Shown piece after piece: positions 15,057-28,350 of a stretch of 64,000 bases of DNA. The notes below the pieces were generated by a model. The model saw nothing but the letters and a program-made list of their open reading frames with translations. It had not been told where the DNA came from and searched no databases. The stretch lies in the NCBI RefSeq assembly GCF_006345805.1, contig NC_042997.1:122140001-122204000 (forward strand), given 5' to 3'. The stretch comes from Octopus sinensis (lineage: Eukaryota). Positions within the stretch are counted from its first letter, which is position 1. Every line of letters starts with the position of its first letter. The position numbers were made by a program, and so were the translations under genes.

Positions 15057-16715
15057 ATATGCGTACAAGTATCATTGTATCTATATTACTTTGTCTTTTA
15101 TAATATCACTAACTACCCGCCCGTATCTAAAGACGTTTTCATCATATCGATTTATCAATTCTCAAAACCAAAATAATATACTTGATCATTGATAACAACT
15201 GACCATTGTTGATCCATTTCGATCTTATTAGACCTATAATTAAATAAATGTACAAACACACACTCATATACATATATAGATAAGAGTGTGTTTAAATATG
15301 TATATATCTGAACGTATCGAATAACGTGTATGAGAAATAATGTTACAATATATTTACGAAGTACTTATTTATATTTATATGCGCTCAGTTTTTATTATTA
15401 TTATCAGTCGTAACCATTGTGATTCCGGAACTGAATTTCTTTATAAGTTGTAGAATAAGAAACATTTATTATTTTATACAATTTATATGATAACTGAACT
15501 GTGTTAATACGCAAACACATTCACTGCCACACACAGAAACACGATATATATATATATATATATAAGCATGTTTGTGTGTTTGTAGGAAGCTGGTAATTTA
15601 TATTGTCGCCACTGAGTGTTTCCCCGAAAGACTTGTTCGTTCATTCGAGCAGAAAATGTTTGGGTATAGACGGAGAGAATTACCGAGCTTCAAACAAATA
15701 AATATAACATACATCTCTTACTGAATAATATTTTTCTTTCTTTTAAACAAAACCATCAACTATGTGCGCGCGTGCGTGCGTGCGTGCGCGCGTGTGTGTG
15801 TGTGTATGTGTGTGTTTTGGTATTTTGAGAAGCGGTTGTGTTCAGTGCTTTCACAGACTTTCCGAGGCCATTGAATCTGATGCTGTTTACATTCCGCTGG
15901 AAATGTTGCAAGCGACTGTAGGAAAAACATTAGAATTTGAGAAATTGCTGTAGCCCAATCTTGTGGCAAGAAAACGCTCCACGTATTTCAGGTGTTGTAT
16001 CAGGCAGTTGGACGCGGGTCAATTTGATCATATCATATACAGAGTAATTTAGAGACCATTGAGTCGCGAATGCTTGAGTGAAAGAGAAGTGCACCGAAGA
16101 GAGGAGATATCTGTTGTAGAGGAAAATAAGACAGAGGAAGTTTACATTCCGTGTGGGGGACAGTTATGAGATTTCTTGTGATTTTATGCTAATCATTCGA
16201 GTGCATTTAGTTGGAAGCTGTTCTGGGTTATCACAGTACAGAACGGCCAAAATGCGGGTAGATGCTGTATCTATGATGTATTCATCTGCGATATATACTG
16301 GGCTGGGCCAGTGTTGCTGATGCGATTTATATATTCCTGAGGTCGTGTGATCACCACGGATAAATTCTAAGTGAATGAGAAACATATTTGATACACTAGA
16401 GACAATTCCATTGGCGTGCTATTTAATTAGTATATCGAGTGTTAATTATATAGATGCATTGATAAATTTGTGAATAAATGAATATGTATATAAATCATGT
16501 TTCAACTCGTCAATCAATGTACTTCATAATATATATATCTTGTTTATTTAAGTGGGACCAGTCCACACGCACTATACTCTGATACCAAGTTTTGTCATAG
16601 CGTGTTAAGCTTTGTTTTAGCATTCCTTACTTAATCGAACCGAAGCAGAAAATTTCTAAAATTGTTTCGATCACTAGCTGGTATTGTTTCATAAATAAAT
16701 ATATATATATATATA

Positions 16716-16880
16716 TACCGGAGTAAACACATAAATGTGAAACAAGGTGGAAAACAGAGTACTCAAATACCAGTGGTAGAGTAATATGCTTTATTTAAAG
16801 CAGCAGAAAATTCAACAAAACCTGTTACTCTGAGTTTCACGTTGCCGTTCATCGGACAGATTTTGCTTGTCCGATGAACG
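16716..16880 (-). mobile_element. (TA)n-associated HHR-bearing element with truncated inverted second copy
   Basis: Begins TACCGGAG at a TA tract; homologous to 42881-43112; 13-bp perfect hairpin cgttcatcggaca/tgtccgatgaacg at its inner end. Confidence 0.7.
16822..16859 (-). ncRNA. Minimal type I hammerhead ribozyme (PLE-type)
   Basis: Minus strand reads CTGT CCGATGA ACG-GCAA-CGT GAA ACTC-A-GAGT A ACAG: 4-bp stem I, core with U4C, 3-bp stem II with GNRA loop, GAAA, near-palindromic stem III, GUA cleavage triplet. Confidence 0.8.
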
Positions 16881-17268
16881 CACACACACACATACACACA
16901 CAGAGAGATAGACACATGCATGCACACACACATATAATATATATCACTGCATAATATTATATAACCGCTTCTTGAATGAATAAGTACTAATCGAATATAA
17001 ATCAAAATTTACGATATGTTTCGCTCATAAGTACTTTCCTCATCTGGCTTTGCGATTGGCAACAGAAAATAACGGGTACGGACGGTATTTGAGGATGCAT
17101 GCATTTTTAGTCATTATTTTATTTGACTAATTATTACTCAATTTTATTTCAGAAAATAACAATGACAGGCCATATGCTTAGTAATGAAATTAAAAGGCAT
17201 GTTGTGATTGTGGCTATGACGGATATGTGTCTGTCTGAGGGGAAACAGAGATGGACATATATATCCAT

Positions 17269-17652
17269 TCTTTTATTCTTTTACTTGTTTCAGTCATCTG
17301 ACTCCAGCCATGCTGGAGCACTGAATTCAGTCGAAAAATGGACCCAAGAATTTCTTTGTAAGCCTAATCGTTGTCTTTTGCTGAAACACATCAACATAGG
17401 TTGTCAAGTGATGATGAGGCACAAACACCGACATGCACTCAAACACACATAAATATATGCACACACGAACACACACACACATACACACAACTATGTACGA
17501 CGGGCTTCTTTCAGTCTCCGTCAACCAAATACACTCAAAAGGATTTAGTCGGCATTAGGTTATAGTAGAGGATATTTGCCCAAAGTGCCACGCAGTGGGA
17601 CTGAACCCCTAACCATGTGGTTGGGAAGGAAGCGCCTTACCACACAGCCACG
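17269..17652 (-). mobile_element. SINE family A
   Basis: Head gtggctgtgtggtaagg..gttcagtcccactgcgtggcac on minus; internal microsatellite; tail tgactgaaacaagtaaaag. Confidence 0.8.
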
Positions 17653-18062
17653 TTTGCACACATATGTGCATATGTAGGTAAACAAATACTGCAAGCATTC
17701 TGTGCAGCATAATTTCACATGTTTGCATTTCAAAGAAGGCATGTATATATGGGAAGTTATAATTCAAGTACACGCAAAAATGTGTTTGTGTGTGTATATG
17801 TAAAACTATATACATACAAATGCAAGCATGTATATAAACACATATGTAAACGCATACACATATATATGAATAACTAAATATATGTGTATTTAAATATACA
17901 CATATACGCATGTATATATAAATGCACACATATGCACATACATACACACATATATACATACAAGTATAAATTAGCATATGTGCATAGTAATATATATCAA
18001 ATATATATAAACGAACACGTACATATGTGTGAGTGCGTTTGGCTATGTTCTTGTGTCGGTAC

Positions 18063-18125
<63 letters not shown>

Positions 18126-18616
18126 ATATTCACATGCATACATATCAGAGTATGTGCGAGGGAAGGATTTCATTATGGTTTATAAACACATTAGGAACTT
18201 TTCAACGGCATTTTTGATAATTTCAATTTAGATTCAACCGGAGAGATTTATGACGAATACTCTTTCCTTAAATAACATTCAACTGCTGTTGAGTTATGTG
18301 ATTAAGATGTATTTTAAAGCCAGGTCTGTTATTTATCGGTAATAAATAAATATAATACAAACAGCTTCGATAATATTTGACAAATCTGTAAATCAAAATG
18401 ATTATACCAGATCTATCGTTCTTTTTCCCTCTTACTTTGTTTTTAAGTGTATAAGCCGCTTTCCCTTTCACTTCCTGTTCACAGAGTCACACCGATGTAA
18501 TTATATTTATCAGTAGGAGCATATATCTATATCTATCTATCTAACTACATATTTATTTACATATCTATCTATGTACCTACCTACCTACTTATCTATCTAT
18601 GTACCTACCTACCTAC

Positions 18617-18723
<107 letters not shown>

Positions 18724-19309
18724 CATAGCTCTCTCTCTATTTATCTATTTATCTACATATCTATCTATCAGCTTGCATATATATAAATCTATGAATGTGT
18801 ATACCTATATATGTATGTATGTATAATCATATGTGTTAGTTTTGCTTCACGAGGAACAAAGGTTTTGCCAAATTCCAATTTGTTTTATTAGCGTATATAA
18901 AAATTTTCATTGTCACCATGGAAATCTGAAGATATGTTTGTGCTATCAGAATAGGCAATATTATTAATACGTAAATTTATATTATTGAATATAATTTCTG
19001 GTAAATGTACATAAATGCTTTCGCTAAGAAATTTCATGAATGTTTGTACTCTGCATTGTTATAAGTTCATAAACAAATTTTATTTTGTTTATGAAATAAT
19101 ATTTTTCCCTTTCTTATTGTGTCAACTTATCCTGCACAATGAGTAACCTCTTTTGCATTATTCAAACAGCAATTTGACGTTGAGCACCCTATTGTTGGTC
19201 ATTTTGTGTTGCAGTATAATGTAGTTTGAGAGAAATGCGCAGGTGTTTCAGCGTACATCATTTAATAATATCAAGTACAATACGCACCAAATTATCCTGT
19301 TTCATTGGT

Positions 19310-19977
19310 TGGAAATAATTGCGAAAAACCAAACCAAAAATAGCAAAGTGTTTGGGTGTCAATCGGAGGACATTGCATAACTGACAGTCTTAAAAATCAG
19401 ATATGCCGTCAACATGATGTTTAGAGTGGTCACTAGTGATGGCGACGTTATGCCTCCATTCATATTTCTACACGGCCTCAAACTCAACACTGAAGCCTGC
19501 TTCAATACCTAGATGACGGAGTGCTGCCTTGGGTCAAAATGGTGGCTGCTGGAAGACCCTATGTCACGCAAAAGGACTCTGCACCATGTCACACAAGCAG
19601 AACCCAGTCATGGCTGCCAGACGATTTCTGCCACCGCATCACTGTAACATTTGGCCACATAACTCCCCACACTGCAACCCCCTTGATTATCATGTGTGAC
19701 GCTCAGTTGAACAAGATACCATCATAACACCAAATATGAACTGAAGGCAAGAATTATGGCAGCATTCACGAAGCTGTACAAGGGGACCGTCCAGAAGATT
19801 TGCAGGAGATTACGAAGTCATCCGGAGGTCGTAATTGAAGCTAAGGGCGATTTCATTGAGTGAATTTAATGTTTAGTATTTCAATATATTTTATGCAATT
19901 TTTGGTAAATATAACTGTTAAAGTGAGATAACGTCATTTTCATTTTTGCGTAATTTAGATGACAATTTATTCACCGC

Positions 19978-19985
<8 letters not shown>
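19310..19985 (+). mobile_element. Internally deleted Tc1/mariner element, maT/DD37D-like
   Basis: Frameshifted transposase motifs KDSAPCHTS and NIWPHNSPHCNPLDYHV, C-terminal EVVIEAKGDFIE*, 3' terminus gacaatttattcaccgcacccta abutting TA. Confidence 0.8.
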
Positions 19986-20018
<33 letters not shown>

Positions 20019-21703
20019 GTGAATGAGAAAAAAGAGGCACTCAAGGCATTTTCTCTGAGTTGCATATATCAATATTTAAAAGAGCTTGGTTCGGCCCCAA
20101 GAGACTTAATATTTCGTTGGCTTGTTACAGGAGCCTCATTCCACAGGTTGAGACTAATCATGTACATTCTGTGTTAGCGTGTGAAAGGTGTGCTGTCTGC
20201 ATTTGTTACTCTAAATATATGTTGTGATACTCGAATGTGTGATTTGTGACTAAATGATATCAACTATAAAGTTTGTTTTTTTTGTTTTTAAATAATATTT
20301 GAGAATGTTCATTGTTGATTAATCGGCATGCATGATGTTGCATCTCTTTTGTTCAGTTCTATAAGATCTCTTTCGTTTCTGATAGACTTTATACATGCTA
20401 TAGTTTTGTTAAGTTTCTAGATTCCGTCAATTTCACATTTTTCTTATGGGCATCTGCTAGGTTCAGTGATTCAGTCTTCATTGGCTTCACAAGAATATTT
20501 GTGACGTTGTTTTCTTCTTAAATGTTTCAGCTTTAGAGTTCCATTTAATATCTTGTATAAGACATGCAAACAAGGGAAAAAGAGGATAAGAAAAAGTGTA
20601 TTCTATATTTCTGTCACTTTGGTATGAAACATAGCGTTCGGCATAAAATAAGACTATAATACGAAGTTTAGTTGTACGAAGCGCATCGAATATGCTCAAC
20701 AAAACTTTGAAATCAGTGCAAGAACCTGACCACAACCCAATCGTTAAAGGCGAGAATTGTTGTGCAAATATGTATATATGTATCGTTAAAAATAATATCT
20801 GAAACCTAAGAATTATTCAACTAGTGCTTGAATTAATTGCTAGAAGGAGATTTGAAATCCTTAATATTCCGAAATGTAAAGCGTGTTGGAGTGGGGAAGA
20901 AAACCAGGGTAGAATACTTGTTATATCATATTACGCTTAATCAGAACAGTTATTTCTATGAAAACAGTAAAGAGAAAGTAAACAGCGAGAAAAGAGTAAA
21001 CCTATATGAGCAATAATTGCTAATAGGAAGGCATTTTTCGTTGATAATAGACAACGTTAAGCTTTCCTGATCTTGCATTTAAACAAATGAATTTAGCGAA
21101 ATAGCTGCATGATGACTGATTGAATACCATGGAGGGAAACATATTTAGGTGTGCCAAAGTAGCACATTGTTTACTAATGGGATATTTGAGTTGGTCATTT
21201 TACGGTTAATCTGCTGATTCCCTCCCTTCACACGCACAAACACCTTCCTCGCTCTTGTGTTAAAGCTAATGTGATGATTCGAACGAGAAAAAAATCAATA
21301 TTTCTTGTCAGAATTTTGCACTGTTCAAGCTACAATTGGTTACACACGAAACAAACGTCCGCGTGTTAATTGATCTATCGCAGGTTACTAGGTACTTTGT
21401 TATAGAATCTCAGCAAGAACTATGAAAAGTGATTGAAGAGACATGTACTGTAAACTGAATTCTAATCACAGGTTCTGTAGAAAAATGCCGAAATGCATTC
21501 TTCAGGGGAAATGGTCAATTAACTAAAAATTGTTTGCCAACTTTTTAAGCCATCACTCTTTTGCTTCGTGTCTTGCCTAACTAACATGCTCAGATAGATA
21601 AATAGATAGATGGACAAAAATATGTATAGATTGACGGAATCCATATCTATCTATTTATTTAACTATCGATCCAGCTATATATATATATATATATATATAA
21701 TCA

Positions 21704-22204
21704 GCCTATACGACTGACTATTCGCTTACCACTTGTGATGGTATTTTAATAATATAATCCCTATATTTATTTATAAATAATTTTACGCATTTCGTTTGTT
21801 CGTACGGTGCTTGGTCACTTCAAACGAACTTTCGCAGGCATGATTGGGGAGCATGTTAGTAGATATTTAGCTGGCAGACTTTGGCTGATGAGAAATCATG
21901 CGCCTAGGTGGCGCTAAATTTCGAAAGCGGTACCGAGTCGACCAGCACTTACTTGTTCTGACCCTTTTGAGGTAAGACATTATTATTGTTGACTGATATT
22001 TTTTCCTATCTTGTCCGTAATAGATTTGTAACTACTCGGTGATACAGAAGTATTTTTTGACTTCTATCATTAGCGATATAGGTACTCATGTAGTACCCTT
22101 GTGTATATATGTACATATCTAGTATTGTATGCATATATTTTATTAATTTGCCTGTACGGCTGATAATTCGCTTACCACTTGTGATCGTATTTTAATAATA
22201 CCAT

Positions 22205-22206
<2 letters not shown>
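21704..22206 (+). mobile_element. Non-autonomous PLE/retrozyme-like unit with terminal direct repeat, between (TA)n tracts
   Basis: About 58-bp direct repeat at 21704-21761 and 22150-22206 (offset 446), one HHR inside, (TA)n on both sides, no ORF. Confidence 0.65.
21870..21946 (+). ncRNA. Type I hammerhead ribozyme motif with extended stems I and II
   Basis: Stem I GCTGG-CA-GACTTTGG / CCGAGTC-GA-CCAGC; core CTGATGA (21885-21891); stem II GAAAT-CAT-GCGCC-TAGGT-GGCGC-TAA-ATTTC; GAAA (21923-21926); short stem III GCGG; predicted cleavage after TA (A21932). Confidence 0.8.
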
Positions 22207-22297
<91 letters not shown>

Positions 22298-23868
22298 ATT
22301 AATAGATAGGTGTTTGTTTAATATAATAAAAATAATATTGTTTACGGCATTTTAAATAAGAACTTTAAGTAAATCTGTAATCAACGACATGGTTGTACTT
22401 ATATTTCAGCTGTTGTTTCTTTCAGTCCCATAGATTTGATCACTGAATTTTAAATTAATCATTAATGGAGAATTATATTTGTGCATTTGCAGAAAGTTGA
22501 GGGTAGTGTTCAGTTCACTTCGCTGCACTTTTCTCAAAACTGAACAAATATAAAAATTGAAAACTGCTAATATCAGAACTGTGTAAGTGAATCTAATAGA
22601 CTAGATAATAACCTTTAAAAAAAGCCTAAATAGCTATTACAACATTGAGATTTTTTTTTCTTTCAGTCAAATATGTCCTTCAAATTTCGCAATTAGAAAA
22701 CTTCCTTCAACCATTTTATAACATTTTTGAGAATTTACTTGAAAATATATATTAAGGAAAGGATTCTAGCTTTCACATGAAGCAGGTATATTTAAGCACG
22801 ATGTTGATGGAGAAATCTTAAAACATAAGAAGATATATAATGCATCTACTTATGTTCAAGTATGGCTTTGAAAACGCACTTAATCCGTCCATCAATGTGT
22901 CTGCTTTAGTGAATTTAACAAGAAAAGTAACAAAAGAATGATGGTTGAAAAGAAAAATCAAATTTATCTCTTCCATTGAAGAATGCATTTGGGAATATTT
23001 CGATGAAACCTGTGATAAGAAATCAGTTTTCAGTATGTGACACGTCAGTCACTGTTGATAGCCACTTTTGATATTCGATAACAAATTACGAATCGAGCAA
23101 TATTTTTCCATGGGGTAAACTTGAAATATTTCCAGCGCATCAACACTATTATGTCAGCATTCCCCTAAAATAATAATATATTACTCGTACATCATATGAT
23201 ATATATATGTAATCGGAGGCGAATATGAGATAAATTAGTGGAGATTTAATTTAAGTTCGGTATCTAATGGGAGGTCACAATGTCTAAGGAGCTACCAGTG
23301 CTTTGAATTTATATACACGAGAAATAACTGGGATGGGAAAGTACGAAATTCTGGGATATTATGAAGGGCCAAATATGAAATATACGTAATAACATATTAG
23401 TGGGATATCTAGAGATTTCAATAACCTTTACCTCCTCAACAACACCTGAAATGAAAGTAGTTACGCGATTATGTATATAATATATATATATATATATATA
23501 AGGTTCAATTAGAGGTCGGATAAGCCTGATTAACGGATTGTAATATCAAATGAATTACTGGTTCATTATCTAATATTTGTTGTGAATATTAATTATAATA
23601 CTGATGAATGATAGGTAATTTGATAAACAAAGGTTTATATTTATGTAAGAACATTTCTTAAACAGAAGTCAGGGCAAAGGTTTATGTAAATATACATATC
23701 TCGCATAAACCACACGCAGAAACTATAGAACATTGCATATGTGTGCCGGTATATGCATCCAAATACATATACATCCATGCTTACACTTTCAACTGAACAC
23801 GTACATATGCAAATGCATATAAAATGAAGTGATAGTGAACTTGATGGCTAGATAGATAGATAGATGGC

Positions 23869-23930
<62 letters not shown>

Positions 23931-24570
23931 TGTTTCTTTATTAGCCACACAGGGCTGCACACAGACAGGACAAAGTACAAGGTAGGGCTTTTCTTTTGGG
24001 GGTAAAAAAAGGGGGTTTGGTTTTCGATCAAAAGGGATCGTAAAGGGAACGAAAGAGGACAAAAAAAGGGGGGAATAAAATAAAAAAAAGAAGGGGGAGG
24101 GAAAAAAGGGAAAGGAAAAAAAATTGATCAATAGGGATCGTTATCACGGAAATGTCAATATGAAGTGTAAAGGGGAGGACAGGTGAGGTTTACCCGTGGA
24201 ATGAAAAGCCTACGGAAAAGACCACGGTAACCTCGGTCAATGAAGTCACATGTTATATTTCTTTTTTTTTTTTGCAAATAAGCAACTCTCTGTATTAATT
24301 TTTACGGTTCATAGAATCATAGTCAAGGTGGCTTCGTCATCCATACGTGCCGTCCTTGCTACATTCACCCATCTTTTTTTAAAACATTCACTAAACAAAA
24401 CTTGCCTCTCGACTCTCACTTTCCTCTTCAAGTGATACTTGAAGGAGTTGAGAGGTTGACCAGAGAGGAAAGTATTTGTCTCTAATCCTTTCAGGTGCGT
24501 CCACCAGATACATTCTTTCGCCATAGCCAAAAGTATGATAAAAATAGCTCTTCCTTCCCGTCACAATTTC
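23931..24570 (-). mobile_element. 3' end of a Tx1/L1-like LINE inserted in a (GATA)n array
   Basis: ORF2-like C-terminus MAKECIWWTHLKG...FKYHLKRKVRVERQVL...RWVNVAR...LTMIL*; 3' UTR ends gtggctaataaagaaac; homologous to 28725-29135 and 63155-63655. The Tx1 clade call is from family resemblance. Confidence 0.7.
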
Positions 24571-24634
24571 GATAGATAGATAGATAAAATTAGATAGATA
24601 GACAGATAGATAGATGGCTAGATAGATAGATGGC

Positions 24635-24671
<37 letters not shown>

Positions 24672-24742
24672 GGCTAGATAGATAGATAGATAGATAGAGG
24701 GCTAGATAGATAAATAGATGGCTAGATAGATACATAGATGGC

Positions 24743-24827
<85 letters not shown>

Positions 24828-24884
24828 GGCTAGATAGATAGATAGATGGCTAGATAGATAGATAGATGGCTAGATAGATAGATG

Positions 24885-24957
<73 letters not shown>

Positions 24958-24960
24958 GTA
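24571..24960. repeat. (GATA)n array with interspersed GATGGCTA variants
   Basis: Directly visible; the same variant occurs at 23841-23930 on the other side of the LINE. Confidence 0.95.
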
Positions 24961-27900
24961 GAAAGAGCGAGTGTGGGAGGAAAGATGCCAAAATAGACAA
25001 GTAAATAGATGTAGTATCATTAATGCTGAATATATTTCTATTAATCCAGTGCCATGTTTGCAAAATATTATCACCACAGGGTAATACATGCGTAAATATA
25101 GGTCCCTATGTATGCGAGTGTTTGCACCTGTTAACAGAGGGAAAGGTAGAGCTGATAACTTCCCTCATCAATTAATATTTCCCACCTGGATATTTCCAGA
25201 CGTGATCATTCGTCATTTCGTATATCAGGGGATGCATCTGCTAATGTAACTATCCGCATGACTAAATTCAACGCTCTATGCAGATACGTAAGCATGCCTG
25301 TGTAAACCGGAAAAGATGTCACGAGAAATTTGCACAGCAAGCTGTAATACAGTTCGACATGTACGTTTGTGCATGTATAATGTATTTATACGTGAAGATA
25401 TGTGGGTATGTTTATATCTATATACATACATAAATGGATATACACATACATACATGCGCATATATATATATGCATATGTGTGTGTGTGTGTGTGTGTGTG
25501 CGTGCAAGGATGTGTATGCTATGTGTGTGTGTGCGCATGTGTGAAATTCGAATTAGCTAGTATTTCAATTATCACATATCACCTTATTCAACGAGAGAGA
25601 GAGGGGGAAGATAGAGAGAAATAGAGAGAAAGGAAGAGAAAGAGGGGGGAGAGAGAGAAAGAAAGAGAGAGAGAGAGAAAGAGAAAAATAAAGAGAGAGA
25701 GAGAGAGAGAGAGATGGAAGTAGATTGTGTATGTGTATACATTAACTAGCATTGTTTATATTACTCTGATTGAAGTCAGGCCTGTCAGTTCTATAGCAAA
25801 TATTTATATGTGAAGCTAGTTGCGCCAGTCACTATTCTTGATTGTTGATAATGTTGCTTTTACCGTAGCGTGAAGTTAGAAATATTATGCAACTAAAGTG
25901 TCAGGTTAGATAAGCTCTAATTATTATGAAAAACAAGAACTAAATCACTTGTCGATGATGCTCTTGATACACGACTATGTATATACGCTACATAGAAACA
26001 GGGAAGGTAAATAGAAATGGTTCAGCTAAGCCCATTTTAGTATTCTATGCACACAGAGAGAAAGGGAAACCGTGGTAGTCATTTACGAGTCCATCGCTTA
26101 CGCCTGTCAAAACAAAGACAGGGAGCTTGACAGTGAAATACGTACTTATCAAAAATAGGGGAGTAGATTTAACGTGGGAAGTAATGCTGTGTGTACATTT
26201 ATGCTTGTCTTTCTAGGATCACCGAATGACATCTTAAAAGGCATATGTATCAATCTTTATTGTGCAAAACAAAATGACACACAGTATATAGTTTAGTCAC
26301 TTGAAGTTTTGACTTGATGTCAAGTCACTTAATTCGTGGTGGGTCAGAACATGATTTAATCTCATGAAGTACCAATATGAGTTTTTTGTAATATTTTCCA
26401 CTCGTTTCAAATAAGAAACTACTATGTGTTAATATCTTGTGAATCGAATTACATCATTGCTTTTAGTTGTTCAAAAGGGCGACTAATGTGCACATCATTG
26501 TTCTGATTATTTGTTTTGGTATCATCTGATAATTGTGGACAGAATATTCATCTTTATAGCGCAAGCAAAAACATGAAATGGGAAACATGCATAGGAGATT
26601 TAGAAATACGTCATAAAATACACGTGGACTCTCTATCTCTCACTCGCGTTAATATATTCTGGAAAATAGCTATATGAAGTAATATTGATAACATTGCCTT
26701 ACATCAGGTATCGACAATGCAAATGAAATAAAATTAGGGATCTTTTAATGGTTTTAGACAGACGGCTATTTCCTTATATACACCCCTGTTTTCTGCATAA
26801 TAATATTGTTATGGCTACAGCTGTTGCGTGCCTTGTTCGACAAGTATGCATTTGAAATTAATTTTGATATTTCTTTGATGGGAAATGATAGCACAGTTCT
26901 TTCAACGATATTGCCATTATATTTAATAATATGTTATATCACTTCCTTCCTTTGCAAAAGAGAAACTTTTCTTTTAATCGCAACGAGGTTCATAAAATAT
27001 ATATAATTTCTACATTTCGCTGATATACTGAAACACATATCTCTTCAGTATAGTTTTGGCATTGTATCAATATTGCAAATCTGTTTTATAATTCATTACA
27101 TAAAAGCAATTACGCTGACAGCATGAATATAACTACTCTTTATTTCTTTAAACATATAAATTTCGAAATGTCTTACAGGCTTTTTTTCTTTTTCGTTTTT
27201 TGCAATTTCTCATGAATAAAATTAAATCTAAACAACGATTCAGATATTCTACTTGATTCCTATAATAAGGAATACACTTTCTCGAAATATTCTCACTCAG
27301 ATTAAAATTTTATCGATTGATTTATACTATAATTATGAGCAATTTATTATTTTCTATTTTCATGTTCAATCTGAAAGTGTCTTAATTCTATTCTGAGAAT
27401 CTTTAGCTTCGTTAGTTCATATGTCAATGAAAGAAAATTCAGTCAAAATTAAACATGTCTTTGTGAAAAGCATTTCATCACTAATTAATCAATCAAATAT
27501 TTCACAACTCATTTATACAATAGAGTGTAACAATCTCATTGATTAACGGCGCCGTTAATTAACAGTTTTAGTTTCACTTTCAACGGTTCACGTTAACGCA
27601 TTAGTAATTTCTATATTTTCTATTCATCATGACAGACAGCCTCTTGTTTAATTGAGTGCTTCCGGAAGAGAAATCAAAAGACTTTAAGAAGTTGTGAGGT
27701 TGGTGCCATTACAAACATATTAGCTCATATTAATCGTAATAAAATAAAATATATCCCTATTGTGATCGATGCGTTACTTTAAATTTTCTCAAATATTGTT
27801 GATGTTTTCTTTCATTTTTTATCTCATTTACAGAAGCCTTTAATCTGTATTTTCATTAAAAAGAGATAATTTTCATTATGAGTTTCTGGATCAACAGCTG

Positions 27901-28350
27901 GCAGTTGTCGGGGTCATACATAATTGAGACTAAAAATCACTGAAAAGTTTTGTCCAAGAAGAAGTAGTTCATATTATGGTAACAGTTTTATAGTACGTGG
28001 TCAACACACTTAGTACTAAACAAACCACTAACTTTTGTGTTCACAATAATTCATACAGATGTTGAACACTGTCTATAAAAAAGGTTCTTCAGCTTGTGTT
28101 AATGAGTTTGAGCAAACTCGTTGACAATATCATACATGCTCGGACAATTACGATATATATATGGGCATAAAATGTACCGCATACTTTTGTAGTGTTGATA
28201 ATTGAAATTCACACGTTAATATATATATACAAAGAAAAAGTTGTGGCAAGATGTCCCTCTCACCAAAATGAAATAAAAGATATATTATTTATTAATATAT
28301 GACATTTTATGTAATACATAAATGTGCTTGAGAAAAAATGTTGGACTTAC

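Noticed and set aside
15840-16380. Possible CR1/L2 RT C-terminal relic on the minus strand
   Set aside because: Only fragmentary motif resemblance across frameshifts.
27010-27052. Minus-strand CTGAAGA-GATAT..ATATC-AGC-GAAAT-GTA hammerhead-like string
   Set aside because: Three extra bases before GAAA and no stem I.
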